From assembly GCA_964016885.1 (NCBI GenBank), contig OZ024741.1, forward strand, positions 375,224,001 through 375,288,000: a stretch of 64,000 bases of DNA. Direction: 5' to 3'. The stretch comes from Eledone cirrhosa (Eukaryota). Position 1 is the stretch's first letter; each line of letters starts with the position of its first letter. Both the position numbers and the translations under genes were made by a program. The notes beneath the pieces were generated by a model. The model was not told the DNA's origin. It did not search any database and was given only the letters and a program-made list of their open reading frames with translations. This document shows, one piece after another, positions 28,501 through 41,667 of the stretch.

Positions 28501-31500
28501 ATTTTGATTTGAAAATAACAATATTTTAAGATGAAAGTTAAAATTACTTTGTAAATAAAGACGATCTGTAGCCGATTTCTCGGACTTTTGAGCACTAAGA
28601 ATATAGAGTTAATATAAAGAATGATGTGCTCATGCACTAAGATGCTATAAAATAAGGTGAAGACCCTTAAAAGATGGAAAAAGAAGTTGCCATCAGCCGC
28701 TATGAGGAATTGAGGTCCATATCTCCCAGAAACCAACTAAGCGCTTTTATCCATTAGTATCTAGGAAATATGGGGTTCAATTCCACATAGCAGCCCATGG
28801 CAACTTCTTTTTCCAACTTTTAATGTTCTTCACCCTATTTTATAAGCTGTTCTATAGCATCTCTGCACATGAGCACATCATTTTTTATATTTACTTTACA
28901 AATATTTAAACAAATGAATAATTATGGTGAAATTTAAAAACATAATATTGCAAATACCATAATTTTCCTTTATTGTCATTGGTCTACCATTTTGGAGTCA
29001 TCGCTCCAGGAATATTTTCATAACATGTCATTTGTGTTCCCAGTGCTGGCACTGATGCCAAAACAAAAAGTATCAGTCCACACTGTAGGGGGGTTGTATG
29101 GTGCTACAACGAAAAGCACTCTGTCCATCTTGTAAGGTGGATGTGGTGGTGCCACAACAAAAAGCACCCACTCTACTCTGTAAGGTGGTTGTGCTGGTGC
29201 CACCACATAAAGCACAAAGTCTACTTTGTAAGGTGGTTGTACTGGAACAACAAAAACCACCCAGTCCACCCTGTAAGGTGGTTGTGTTGGTGCCACAACA
29301 AAAAGCACCCAGTCTACCCTTCAGCCATAGAAATTAAGAAGCAGCAGCAAACATCTTTAAAGTTAGTTTCCCCTAATAAAGCAAGACTTAGTTGCCATGG
29401 CAGGCTTAATCCTACATATCGTGGGGGTCCTTATTGATGCAATGTTTTAATGCCAGATGTTTTACCCGTTGTCAACCATTTTAGTTGTCTCTTATGACAC
29501 ACAGGGATATGGTATACCTAATCTAAACTGGATGTTTAATTAACAAATAATGTTATAAAAAATTGAATTCTATTCATGAAGCATTGAACAAATTTTGAAT
29601 TATATGTGGACTCTATAAGCTGTAGTGAAGGCAAACTGTCTAGGAGAGTAGACACTAAATAAAAATTGATATAGAGTAGTGAGGACTCTTAACCTCTTTA
29701 GGACTGATGGCATGAATAATGCACCCACTCCACACTGTAAAGTAGTTGGTGAAAGGAAGGGCATCCAAGCAGAAAAAGACCCAGCCAAAATTAAATAACA
29801 CAATGAGTGTTATTTAATTTTGATGATGCTGTGCTGAAAAGGACCTGTCCAACCCTTGCAAGTATGAAAAAAACAGATGTAAAGATGATGATGATAAAGT
29901 AAGCTGCACCAACACAGCTTTTTTGACCATGAAAAGTAGTCAAACAAGTTGGGTATTTATAATCCCCTAGTAACAGAAAAAGTGGACAATATTGCCTGTA
30001 GGACTCGAACTCCCTCCTGCCAGCAGACATGATATTAAAAAAATGTTATCAAGAATTTGAAGCAATATAATCAAATAAGTAGCTTTCTCATTATGAAGCT
30101 GGTGTTTGTAATATAATAAATGTTCTTAAAGTAAATTATAATGGAAAGATTTTTGATAAATATAGATATTTCATAACAAATAGTTTTGTATTATAGAAAT
30201 AGGAGCAGTTTTGTACCAAAATGGTTTGTAGATCTACTCTAACGTCTCAATAACTTAGTTACTTAAACAACAACATATCATATATATAGAAATGGAATTA
30301 CATTAATATCTCTATATACATATAAATTATTTCTATAGATCACTCCAAGAATTATTTCTACATATGCTTTAATAATCTTTTAAAATGCCATCTCCATAAC
30401 ACACCATGTGCTTTACCGCAGTGTTTGTGCAGTGACAAAATCACCCAGTCTATCCGGTAAGGTGTTTGGCATTAGTAAGGTCATACAGCCCTGGAATACC
30501 AGGCTAAAAATAGATTGTATGAGCAAGACATGGTCACCTGACCTGTCTGGCTTCATAACATAAGCCATCTAACCTACGCAAACATGGAAAATAGACGTTA
30601 ACTGGTGATGATGATGAAACCCACAAACTTAAGATAACTAAAATTGAGTTAAAAAAAAAAAGTTACACTACCTACTCATGATGAAATGTTAATTCCATTT
30701 GGGCCACAAATCCGGGCACCACTATCAATAACGTAAAGGAGAGGAAGACAGTTAAATACTGTTCCCTAACCGATAACTTCCTTTTTGTGCCGGTTGCTGT
30801 CAAGACCTCGGGTGACCTTGGTTCTTGAATTGCTGTTTTTTTTTTGCAAAATCGGGAGGAATGCATCCTGTCTAAGGAAGGAGCCCTATGAGGTGGAGTG
30901 GCTGATGCAGCTGGTGTCATTAATTGTTCTCCACTGCAATGCCTTTGCTATTTTGTCTGCAGAACGTAGCCGAGACACACCGTCTATACTGGAGTGTAGA
31001 GTCTGTCACCCTCTTCCTCCTTTCCTCTTTCGTTTCTTTTTCTTTTTATTGTATTATTTTATATATTTTCATTCCATCTTGAAAAGTAGTTGATATACAC
31101 CTTTAAAAGGTACAACCACATCAATCTTGCCAGTCTCACAAGGGCTGCTACCGAAAGTCATGGATGTAGATAATTCCTCTTGGCTAATTTAAACTAAAAA
31201 CAATACTACTTACACATTCAAGCCTTCTCCCAGCAGTTTGCTTTAAACAAGGAAACACTCACAAAATTATTTTAAAAAAATTGAAGGAGGACTTGAAAAA
31301 AATTGAAGGAGGACTTGAAAAACATTTAAGCAAATATAAAGTAAAACAGGGGAAGTAACTCACTTGTTTTGAATTCTTCTAATACGGGTGAACCGTCGTC
31401 CAGCTTCAGATGAATTCGGATACGTCCCAGTGCTTTATTATCGCGATGATCAAGTTCACGCGGATACACTTTATTCTAAAGATAAATAAAATATCTTGAT

Positions 31501-34500
31501 GTTAACTAGCAACAAAAGAGGAATATTATAGAAAAGAATAGGGACTAAAAGAAGTTGGGAGCATCAAACATTTTATTGTGTTAGTTAACATGTCTGGGAC
31601 CATCAAACATTTTATTGTGTTAGTTAACATGTCTCATAAACATCATTTGACAATGATGGGAGTTTTTCTACAGGCGAAGGGTAGATTGTATGATGACTAC
31701 ATGAAAATTGCGATGTTGGACAGTAAATGCCTAGGATATATAGAGGCTAGAGACAAATGAAGTGAGCATGCTCTGTTGGATGCATAATGTTAGTGTGCAT
31801 AAATCATGGGGTGTGGAGGAACTGAGAGAAAAGCTGGGTTTAAGAAGAATCAGATCTATTGGTATGAATGATGGGTGAAGAAGTGCCAGTTGATGCCTGT
31901 GGAAGGAAGCTGTAGCAGAAGTGATTAGAGCTGATCTCAAAACACTGAACATCACAATGGAGATGATGAAAAAATATTACGAGTGGAAGGAGACAGTGCT
32001 GGAAAGAACCCTTCCAACCCATGCAAGCATGGAAAAGATGTAAAAATAGTGATAATGATCATTTACGTCTGTTTTAATTCTGGTATGGGTTGAACAATAT
32101 TGTCTACAATGTGTAGTATGGTACACCTTGTATATAAATCAATGCTAAGTAGTTTCAGAAGTTCGCTTTGCTATCATGAAGTCCAATGGGAATGAAATTG
32201 GGTAAATGGAAACTGTATAGAAGTCTATTAGATGGACTGTACATGTAGTTCAAAGGTGCAGTCTTGTAATATACTGTGTCACACTGCTTTTACTTGAGAA
32301 TTACGTCATAGTTATGTGTTAGTGGAATAATCAGCCACTTCTAATGCTAATTCAATAAGGAGATTGTTCCGTTGATCAAACAACTGGGTGCCTATGTGTC
32401 ATTGTAAATCTGTGTAGATAATATTGATTTCTAATTTAGGCACAAGGCCAGCAATTTGCGGAGAAAGGAAAGTCAATTATATTGACCCCAGTAAATTACT
32501 GTTGCTTTATTTTATCAACATCGAAAATATGTGTAGATAATGTTTATAACAACTGGGTGCACGTCATTCTTGAGTGTCCATTGACCATATAAATCTAGTC
32601 TCCATGTTAGTGTTAACTAGAAGATAAAAGTATAAGGCAGGTAGAAACTCTGTGGTACAGCATCAGAGGTGCATGGTCTTGTGGTTAGGGTGTTGGACTT
32701 ATGGACTCAGTCCAGGAAAGAAATAGTGGTTTTCCTGACAAATGACCATGATGAAACAGACTAAAATAAAAAGAAGCTATAACGTAAATTTGTTTAGATA
32801 TTATTAATAAAAGTGGAGGTGCGTCATGGGTTTGATTCCTGGACTGGGTTGTGTGTTGTGTTCTTTAGTAAAACACTTCATTTCACGTTGCTCCAGTATA
32901 TTCATCTGAAAATGAGTACTAACAGCAATAGTTGGGAGGAAGGAGGGGTTAAACCTGCAATGTCCTGGTGTCCTGTCCAGAGGAAGTCTTGTACTCTCAC
33001 TCGCTTAACGCCACAGAAACTGGGGGTAAGCATCGGTCTGATGAGCCTTCAAGCATGAGACAGACTTCACACGTTTAGATATTAATAAAAGTAAACTTAC
33101 TTCTGGAGCTATAGTCATTCCTGCAGCTGCACACACATCTCGAATTTCAATAAAAGTTGGGTTGTCAACTGCCTAAATAAAGGAGAAAATATTTTCATAT
33201 AAGACACTTTAACAAAAGGAAACCAAAACAATAAAATTACAATGCAGTAGGAAGGGCATCCAGCTGTAGAAATCTAGCCAGAAACAGTTCTATATGAGAA
33301 AGACATGGTCACCTGACCTAACTTGCCTCAAATGGGACAACTCATGCTAGCATGGAAAGTGGATGTTGAATGATGATGATGTTTAAAGCATATCTTCATC
33401 ATCATTTGGTGTCCATCTTTCTTGTTAGCCTGGGTTGGACATGTCACAGACCAGTCTGTTGGGGTTGGCTGATATACTGAGTGCATTTTATTATGGCATC
33501 AGCACTAGAGCAGTTGTCATGTCCTTGACACAGTTGAAAGGTCTTCCAGATGCTTTGCTTAGCAGACTTTCAATGGCTGAATGACTGTCCTATCACCAAC
33601 TACTTTATAGAGTGTACAGGCTGTATTTATCATATAGATCATTAACACTAGTGAAGTTAAAGAATCCTCTCGACACTTTATTTGGCAAGTTTACAGCAAG
33701 ATGCCTTTTTTATTACTAACCACTTTACAATATCTATTAAAGAATGGTAATATAAAAAAAAAAATCCCTTCTTTTATATTAAGTTGGGCAGAATTAAGTT
33801 AGTGTATGCAAGATTAATACAATATTTTCCGTCTATCAATCAACTGTTATTACATGTTACTTGTATCAGCATTCAAACTAGCTGGGTTGAGCCACCTCCA
33901 ACCAATGCATCGACAACATTGTACACAGAAGCTGCCCATTCTCAATGATCACAGATGTCTAGCAGAGAGATAGTCTACCAGTTGATTCCAATTGCAGATA
34001 CCATATATGCAGATATAAGATACCAATCCAAAATATGATTAAAAAAAAACAGTTGTAGATAGTAAATTTCAAATTCATAAAACAAATTTCCCAGTAAAAC
34101 CATGCAAATTTTGAATATATGCCTCATGGTTGCCCTTGAGCAAATCATTTGACATTACTTAACTCAATTTTCTTTGTTAGAAAATAGGATAATGTAAAAA
34201 TGGTATTTAGATGTGAAAACTGAACATCATCATCGTCGTTTAAGGTCTATCTTCCACGCTAGCATGGGTTTAGACGGGAATTGTCCCACGTGAGGCAAGA
34301 TTGGTTGTCTTGCTCGTATAGGACTGTCTGGCAGGTTTTCTATGGCTGGATGCCCTTCCTAACACCAACCACATTTACAGTGTGGACTGGGAGGTTTTTA
34401 CCGTGTTAACTACACGACCACATTACAGCGTGGACTGTGTGTTGTTTTTGTCGTGACACCAACACAACCTCATTTATTTAGGACTGGATGTTGTGGTACC

Positions 34501-37500
34501 AACATAACTTTAGGTGTCGATGGGGGTGGGGGGTAAGGGTAGTGGGGTGGGGGTGTATTTTTGGTTAGGAGGAGCCTACTGACTGTAGGTTTCGCTTTGT
34601 ACTCAGATAAGGCGGGTCTTCTGTATTACTGCGTAGTGCCAAAGATCTCGGTCCACTGTCATTGTATTGGAGAGGTGTAAGTGTGTAAGGTTGGAATTTA
34701 TCAAATCGCCCAGGTAGCTTCCATCAATTTTAATCGCCCTGCACTTTTTTATACAGCTGTCATCTTTCATGCGCATCACGTGACCACACCAACGTAGTCT
34801 TCTCTCAAGTAAACAGCATCTGATCCCTCTTATTCCTAATTTCTCACTTAGTTCATTTATGCTTTGCCGTTCACGTATATTACTATTACACATCCAACAG
34901 AGCATGCAAGCTTCATTCTTCTCCAGTCTGCGCAGATCCTCTGCACACAATGACCATGTCTCACTGCCATGTAACACTGCTGTTCGTATGCAGGCATCAT
35001 ACAGTCTGCCTTTCATTTTTAGGGAGAAACCTTTAGCGGCCAATAGTGGTATAAGCTCTCTGAACTTTTTCCATCCCATTCTGACTCTAGCTACTGTACT
35101 TTCAGAGCACCCATCACCACTGCTGATTTTGTCACCCAGGTAATGGAAGGTGTCTACTATTTCTATAGAACCATCTGGGCAATGGAAGGAGCTAGTATCC
35201 TGTGGGCACTTGCTACTACTTATTGCACCTGAGCACTGGCCACATATAAAATCTATGTTCTTGGTTAGTTTACCTATGATCCCACTACATCTTTTATGTA
35301 CCCATACTTTGCATTTGGGGCATAAAATGGAGTTTCTGCCTACTTCTTTCCTACACACTGAGCATGGCCATTTCCAAGAAGGGACCAGTGCCCTATTTTC
35401 CTTCCTACATACTAGAACTTTAGTCTTAGACAAGTTAATTTTAAGGCCTTTTGATTCTAGGCCATGCTTCCAAGTTTGCAATTTCTTCTCTAGTTCAGCC
35501 ATTGATTCAGCTATGAGCATTAGATCATCTGAGTATAGAAGTTCCCATGGGCAACCGATCTTGAACTCCTCTGTTATAGCCTGAAGGGCAATAATAAATA
35601 GGAGGGGGCTAAGAGCCCTGATGAACACTGACTTTTACACTAAATTCTTCACTATATTCATTGTTAATTCTAACCTTGCTGACTGTTTCTTTATACATGG
35701 CTTGTATAGCTCTCATGAGCCATTCATCAATACCTAGTTTTCTAAGAACCCACCAGATAATGGAGCGGGGGACTCCAAGTCAACAAAAGCTAAGTATAGG
35801 GGTTTACTTTTAGCTAGGTACTTCTCCTGTAGTTGTCGTACAATGAAAAGAGCGTCTGTGGTACTTTTACCCGACACAAACCCAAACTGCATTTCATCTA
35901 GATCAATTCGCTCTCTGATTAGTTGCGCTATAACTTTTTCTGTGACCTTCATGACCTGGTCAATTAATTTAATGCCTCTATAGTTTCCCCTGTCTAAGGC
36001 ATCTCCTTTACCCTTGTAGCAGTTAATGATGATGCTGCTACACCAGTCATTTGGTATAACCCCATTCTGTATGACTTGGTTTACTATCCGGGAGACCCTA
36101 GTGTGTCCCACCAATCCAGATGCTTTCAGCATTTCAGCAACTATCTCCGAAAGCCCAGCTGCTTTGCCTCTCTTCATCTCTTTGATTGCCTTACTTATAC
36201 TACCTTCAACTTACACTGCTGGTCCCTCTATTGGATCGATTTGGAGCAGACTATCTTTTTCCCACTTATTCTCCTCATTTAGTAGTCTCTCGTAGTGACA
36301 CTTCCAAGCTACCTTTTTATCAGTATCAGTGACAGCAAGTATACTATGTACAAATATTTACACTATGCCAATGAGAAGTGAAAGGAGACAATTTGGGCTT
36401 CAAATATTAGGAAAGGAACACAAAGAAAGAATTTAATTATATTTGATCATACACATGAATGCAGGAAGATGCTAGCTTTAAATGATTCATACCTTTTCTT
36501 TTGGAATTCTCCGGCCTTCTTTATTAGTTTTCTTGCTGTTGAGATAAGCTGGATACAAACAAATCCACCTAAGTAAGAAAATTAAGAAAATGGCCATTTA
36601 ATTTTAAGAGAATTTAGAGACTACTGCAAGTGTAAAGATGATAATATTAATATACTTGTATCTTTCACAGTATAGACGACGAATTGGCAGAGTCGTTAGA
36701 ACGTCGGATAGAATGCTTTATGGTATTCATTCCGCGACTCTATGCTCTCTCAGTTCAAATCCCGCTGAGGTCAACTTTGCTTTCATCCTTTCGAAGTTGA
36801 TATAAAAAAAGTACCAGTGAAGTACTGGGGTTGATTCTTCCTCTATATCTCTTTCTCATTTCCTTTCACTCACTTTCTATCTTCCTCTGGAAGAAATCTG
36901 CTGTACTCAGGCCTGGATTCTGCCAGGCTCAAAATGCCCAAGAAATGCTGCATGTCAATATGATGCCCCCACAACTATCAGGAGTTACGGGACCATACCA
37001 TACATCTTTAACAGAAAGGATCCATCAGAGAAAGTCATTGTTGTGGCAATGGTCACATAATGACAATGGTGAATGGAAAGATGGAGAGAGACAGTAAAAT
37101 AAATAGAGAGGCAGTGATGTTTGTTGTTATAGTGGTTGTATCGATAACTGGTGGTGATGGCAACATTATAATTTATTTATATATATTTGGTGTATATAAT
37201 TGGTGGATTGGCAGTATCGGTAGAGGGCCGGACGCCATGCTTTGCAGCACAGTTACGTCCCTTTACAGACTGAGTTCAAATCCCGCCGAGATTAACTTTG
37301 CCTTTTATCCTTACGGGATCGAAAAAATAAAGTACCAGTAATACACTGGGATAATTGCTGGCCTTGTGCCAAAAGTAGAAACAATTATAATTTATTTATA
37401 TATATATATATTTTTACTTTATTCCATTGCTGTCGAGTAAACTTTAATATATATACAGTACATCAATGATTTGCAGTCTGTGTGATGGTTCTGATATTGA

Positions 37501-40500
37501 GTATTCCAGTTCATTTAATCAATAAAACAGCCTTCTTGTGAAATTAATGTGCAAGTGGTTGAGTATTCCACAGATATGTACTCCCTTAATGTAGTTCTTA
37601 GGAAGATTCAGCATGACACAAGGCTGGTCCATTGAATGACAGGTACAACTCATTTTTACCAGTTGAATGAACTGGAGCAATGTGAAATACAGTATCTTGT
37701 TCAAGAACACTACATACCACCAGGAACTCAGAACCGTGAGCCAAACACCCTAACCACTAGGTCACAGATCTTCACCGAGCAATATGATACTGTATACATG
37801 AATCCTAGATTTTATGTCTCCTGTGGAATTTCTGAGGATTCAACTAGTATTTATGAAAGTGTATGAACATGCTTTTACAGTCAATTTTCTCAAAGACACT
37901 TAATCAATGGAGAAATTTTGATGTAGATATCAACTGCAATTAAGAAAGTATAGAAAGAGAAGCATATAACAAGAAAAACTAGTGTTCCACCATGTTATGC
38001 GATGTTATATAACTTATAAGCCATAAAGATCTTGCTTAAAATACTGGTAGGCCGAGGATTGTGTATTGTTGATTACTATAACATCTTCCGAAAGAAAAGT
38101 GTTAAAATGTCACTTCATTAAAATTCAGATGGCAGTTAAAAGTTGACATAAAGCACCTGTATTAATAACAGTAGGATCACTTCACCTGTTAAAGGAAAAA
38201 AAAAACCCTAAAAAAACTGAAAAAATGTATGTGATATATATAGAAACAGTTCTGTTGGAAACATCAGGTCTATCCTCTTTCACATGGCAAACTATCTTAT
38301 TCCAATGAGGACCCTTCAGTCATGGACATGACAACCTCCCTAGTGTTGATGATTTATGCAAACACACCCAGTACATACTGTAAAGTAGTTGGTGGTAGGA
38401 AGGGCATCTTGCTGTAGAAAGTTTGTCAAACAAAGTGTTGGGAGGACCTTTCAGTTGTATCAAGGACACGACAACCTACTTAGTGTTGGCGATTTACACA
38501 ATAAACGCACCCAGTACACGCTGTAAAGTGGTTGGTGATAGGAAGGGCTTCCAGCCATAGAAAGCTTGCCTAACAAAGGGTTGGGAGGACCCTTCAGTCA
38601 TATCAAAGACATGACAGCCTCACTAGTATCGGTGATTTACACAATAAATGCACCCAGTACACGCTGTAAAGTGGTCCAATCTTAGAAAACTTGTCAAACA
38701 AAGGGTTGGGAGGACCCTTCAGTTGTGTCAAAGACATGACAACCTCTCCTGTGCATTCAGTAGAACGCGAGACCATACACAATCAAGATAACAGATCTCT
38801 AGCCTGTCTAGCAGGTCAGTAGCTCTACTTCAGTACTAACTTGGTCTATGTAAACCTGTCCAACCCTAGCTAACAGGGAAGGCAGACATTAAAATGGTGA
38901 TGATGATGATAATTTGTCAATGCTGACCCTCATTACTTTCTTCAGATTCTATTGTTTCACCAGAATGTTGTCTTTTAGAAAAATTAATATAACATCATCT
39001 GGAGAGGGATGAGATCCACCAAATTGTATTTGCCCAAGGTAGATCGAAAGCATTGCCCCCATGACCCTTGAGGATCAAGGGAAAAGCGAGGTGAACTCAA
39101 GTATTATAACAGTATCTGTTTCTTATCCCCATTGATGTCTATTATCAACTTCTGTCTTAAACCTTTTCTTATCACATTTCTTATGAAAAACACTGCATAT
39201 TATTTTCAATTAACTTTGAAAATAATGAAGAATTTCAAAGAATTTAGTAATATAACTAACTTTCTTATTTGTGTTTGACATCACCTAAAAGATTTCATAT
39301 AGAATTGTGACAAAAGGTTTTTAGATAAATATAAACACTTTAAAAATCATTTTTGTATCGCAGAGCCCAGGATGGTTTCAAGTGGTTTGGCATCAAAAGG
39401 GTTGCAACATCGTCATCAGTCTAACTTGAAATAACAGATAGCTGGCAATGTAATTTAGACTAGTAATAAAGACAAAAACAATGATATGAAATGAAAATTA
39501 TTGTGTAGTGCTCAGGTGCACTACAACTCATCAAAAGTGCATGTATAGTACATAGAATAATGTACAAATGTCAGGAGAGTGAAGAGTGTACGAGTCATGA
39601 AATACACACAGACATGCGTGCATGTGTATGGAAGGGGATTATCAGGTGTAGTGTTGGCAAATTTCGAGAAGCATGGAGATTTTAAAGGATGCAGTGTTCC
39701 AACAGTTAACAACTGATACAGGTAGTTGTTCCATGCTTCAGCAACTCTGAGCGTGAAAAAATGTTCCCAAAAGTCATGGGAGCTGTACATTGTGCTATCA
39801 ATTAAGCTTATCTCCCAATATGATCATAAGGACTTTTTTGCTCCCGGAAAAATGAGGGGAGACCTTCGGACTACCCCTTTCCTAAGTTTTCTTTACCATT
39901 TCATTTTCCCTATTTTTTTTTCGTCTGCTACCAACTAAACTTATCTCTGAACAGGAAAACACGGAGAGGGAGCATAGATCTTCCCCTATTCTGGCGTTTT
40001 CTTTACCTCCTAACACTGTGGAGGGGGTGGGTGTAAAGTCCGATCCTCCACCCATCTTTACTCTCAAGATAAAAAAGTCCTTTGCAACATGTTCAGAGGT
40101 ATGATTAGTTGGTAGCACAAGGAAAAAAACGAAGGAAAAGGAAGTAGTAGAGAAAATTCAGGACTGGGTGGAGTCCATCCCCCTCCCTAGAAAATAAGTC
40201 CTTATGACCATATTAGTTTAATTGGTAGCATAGTATACTAAAAAGAAAAAAAAATGTTTTCCCACTGAAACCGGTGGGGGTGTCTTTCTATAATGATTGT
40301 TTCTACTTTTGGCACAAGGCCAGCAATTACTCTAGTGCATTACTGGTACTTTATTTTATCAACCTCGTAAGGATGAAAGGCAAAAGTTAATCTCGGTAAT
40401 ACCGGGACAACTGTTGATATAAATTCCATACACGTGTCACCCTGCCTATCAAACATATGTTAATCAGAAAACAGTGAATGAAATAATCGGATGACAGAGA

Positions 40501-41667
40501 CATTTAGTATATTACTAACTGGACTCGTAGAAATTCCACGTTTTAAAAATATTCTTGTTTCTGTTTTGATGTATAAATTTATAGATCTTCATAGCACCGT
40601 TTCATTATGTTAAAGATTACGTTAATAAATATAGTTCATATCTATTTAAATCTATACGCATATTTACAAACTACTACGCTGATATCTAGTATTTAAAAAA
40701 AGGACAAATGAAAGACCTTACACACTGAATCATATGTCACATGAGGCGCTGGAGTTTATTTACTCTCTATGCTGCAGGGAATAGCGAGGGTAAAAGTCTA
40801 GAAGCACTCTTGCGGCACCACCTGATACCTCGGTTCGATTTGGTCTCATAGTTAAGGATTTTTTTCTTGTTCTTTTCATTTCCTTTTTCGTTCCCTCTAA
40901 TAGTGCGTTTTGCTTTTATTAGATGCTGCTCAATAATTTCTATATGATGTCCATGGTTTTCCATGATATTGTCAAATTGTGTTGTTATACAATAATAACA
41001 TTTTCAAGACAAACATTCTATGTTAAAAATATTGAATATGCCTTCGATTTCGTTCCAAAATTAATTTTGTTGAAAGTGTAGGTCAGGACACATTTCTTGG
41101 CAAGCAGAATGACATTATAGATATTCGTTAAAAACTAATGATTCTCTCCGTTGCTGCACCGAACTTCGAACGTTAGTGTTTGTTGAGACAGCAATACAAT
41201 TAAGAAACACACAAAAGTTATTCATTCACAGTAACGACAGTGCGTCGTGAGCTTGAAACGAATACATTCTTACTATAGTATTTTTCCTTCTGTTTCAAAA
41301 CCCAACCATATATATTTGAGAATTGGAGCAATGAAAATGAATTGTAATATATATATATATATATAATAAACTTTCTAATAATATAAGTAAAAAACGATTT
41401 TCCGATAAGTTTTAACAAAAAAAAATTGAAAATATATATAAATAAGAGTTTCAAATAGTATAACTTATGGCCGACCATATGTGAATACTAGATATTTCAA
41501 ATATATAGATCTAGTTAGTAGTGTTATAGAAATTATTTATTTGAAATCAAATATTATAGAGAATATATATACCTTTCTCTGTCATCGTGTGTAAAATTTG
41601 GGTTCCATGGACGAGTAGAAGAAACAGCTCTTGATGCTGCAGCAGAAACCGAAGCTGCAGTAGCCAT
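25396..41667 (-). CDS. SRP19: Signal recognition particle 19 kDa protein; 5 coding exons (41573-41667, 36493-36568, 33101-33172, 31364-31475, 25396-25532), 163 aa
   Basis: Manual splicing (95+76+72+112+137=492 nt, all GT-AG, phases 2,0,0,1) gives MATAASVSAAASRAVSSTRPWNPNFTHDDRERWICLYPAYLNSKKTNKEGRRIPKEKAVDNPTFIEIRDVCAAAGMTIAPENKVYPRELDHRDNKALGRIRIHLKLDDGSPVLEEFKTRNDIFLYVAKTIPKLKTRQQSQSSSQSSSQQQGGKGPKKKGKKGR*. The motifs C-x-YPAYLN, EGRRIP, NPT..EI.DVC, GR.R..LK, IPKLKTR and the basic tail are SRP19 hallmarks. Confidence 0.96.
26546..26830 (-). mobile_element. CORE-type SINE (family B)
   Basis: Reverse complement matches 6353-6626. Confidence 0.85.
26940..27127 (+). mobile_element. SINE family A with TSD attatga
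   Basis: Matches 787-971; inserted into the head of a family B SINE. Confidence 0.85.
29030..29325 (+). repeat. ~48-bp tandem repeat derived from the RTE 3'UTR motif (aaaagcacccagtccaccctgtaaggtggttg)
   Basis: Units at about 29112, 29160, 29208, 29252 and 29301. Confidence 0.75.
30700..31075 (+). repeat. Unclassified interspersed repeat (second copy at 53290-53750) with pyrimidine-rich tail
   Basis: Shared gtct.aggaaggag.ccc..., cctttgc.attttgtc.gc and gtgtag..tctgtcaccctct. Confidence 0.65.
31364..31475 (-). CDS. SRP19: SRP19 coding exon 4
   Basis: Acceptor ttatctttag, encodes NKVYPRELDHRDNKALGRIRIHLKLDDGSPVLEEFKT, donor gtgagt. Confidence 0.95.
31640..32060 (+). mobile_element. Old 3' fragment of the RTE family
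   Basis: AKGRLYDDYMKIAML..., ends in catgcaagcatggaaaagatgtaaaa. Confidence 0.7.
32667..33065 (+). mobile_element. CORE-type SINEs (family B), part of an inverted duplication with 26546-27185
   Basis: tRNA-like heads at 32667 and 32813; CORE-like gtgttctttagtaaaacacttc. Confidence 0.8.
33101..33172 (-). CDS. SRP19: SRP19 coding exon 3
   Basis: Acceptor ttatttag, encodes AVDNPTFIEIRDVCAAAGMTIAPE, donor gtaagt. Confidence 0.96.
34225..36345 (-). mobile_element. RTE LINE copy 2 (same family), in SRP19 intron 2
   Basis: ORF fragments 35734-36177 and 34603-35628 closely match copy 1; (GAT)n tail. Confidence 0.93.
36493..36568 (-). CDS. SRP19: SRP19 coding exon 2
   Basis: Acceptor ttcttacttag, encodes (R)WICLYPAYLNSKKTNKEGRRIPKEK, donor gtatga. 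Confidence 0.96.
37200..37388 (+). mobile_element. SINE family A with TSD attataatttatttatatatat
   Basis: Full consensus match; TSD at about 37165 and 37384. Confidence 0.88.
38305..38912 (+). repeat. RTE-3'UTR-derived element with ~120-bp internal tandem repeats (about 4 units) and (GAT)n tail
   Basis: gaggacccttcagt recurs at about 38307, 38442, 38585 and 38710. Confidence 0.75.
39490..39790 (-). mobile_element. CR1 LINE 3' end
   Basis: SHDFWEHFFTLRVAEAWNN followed by a 3'UTR. Confidence 0.75.
39791..40232. mobile_element. MITE-like element with terminal inverted repeats
   Basis: tgtgctatcaattaagct..aatatgatcataaggact versus agtccttatgaccatattagtttaattggtagcata. Confidence 0.65.
41573..41667 (-). 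CDS. SRP19: SRP19 coding exon 1
   Basis: ATG at 41667 (agcATGG), encodes MATAASVSAAASRAVSSTRPWNPNFTHDDRE, donor AAG|gtatat, phase 2 matches exon 2. Confidence 0.88.

Noticed and set aside
38950-39120. Intronic H/ACA snoRNA candidate
   Set aside because: No ANANNA hinge and wrong ACA spacing.
40767-41110. Short ORF or possible Tc1 transposase C-terminus (MCPDL...ENHGHHIE)
   Set aside because: The similarity is too weak and the motif spacing too short to call.
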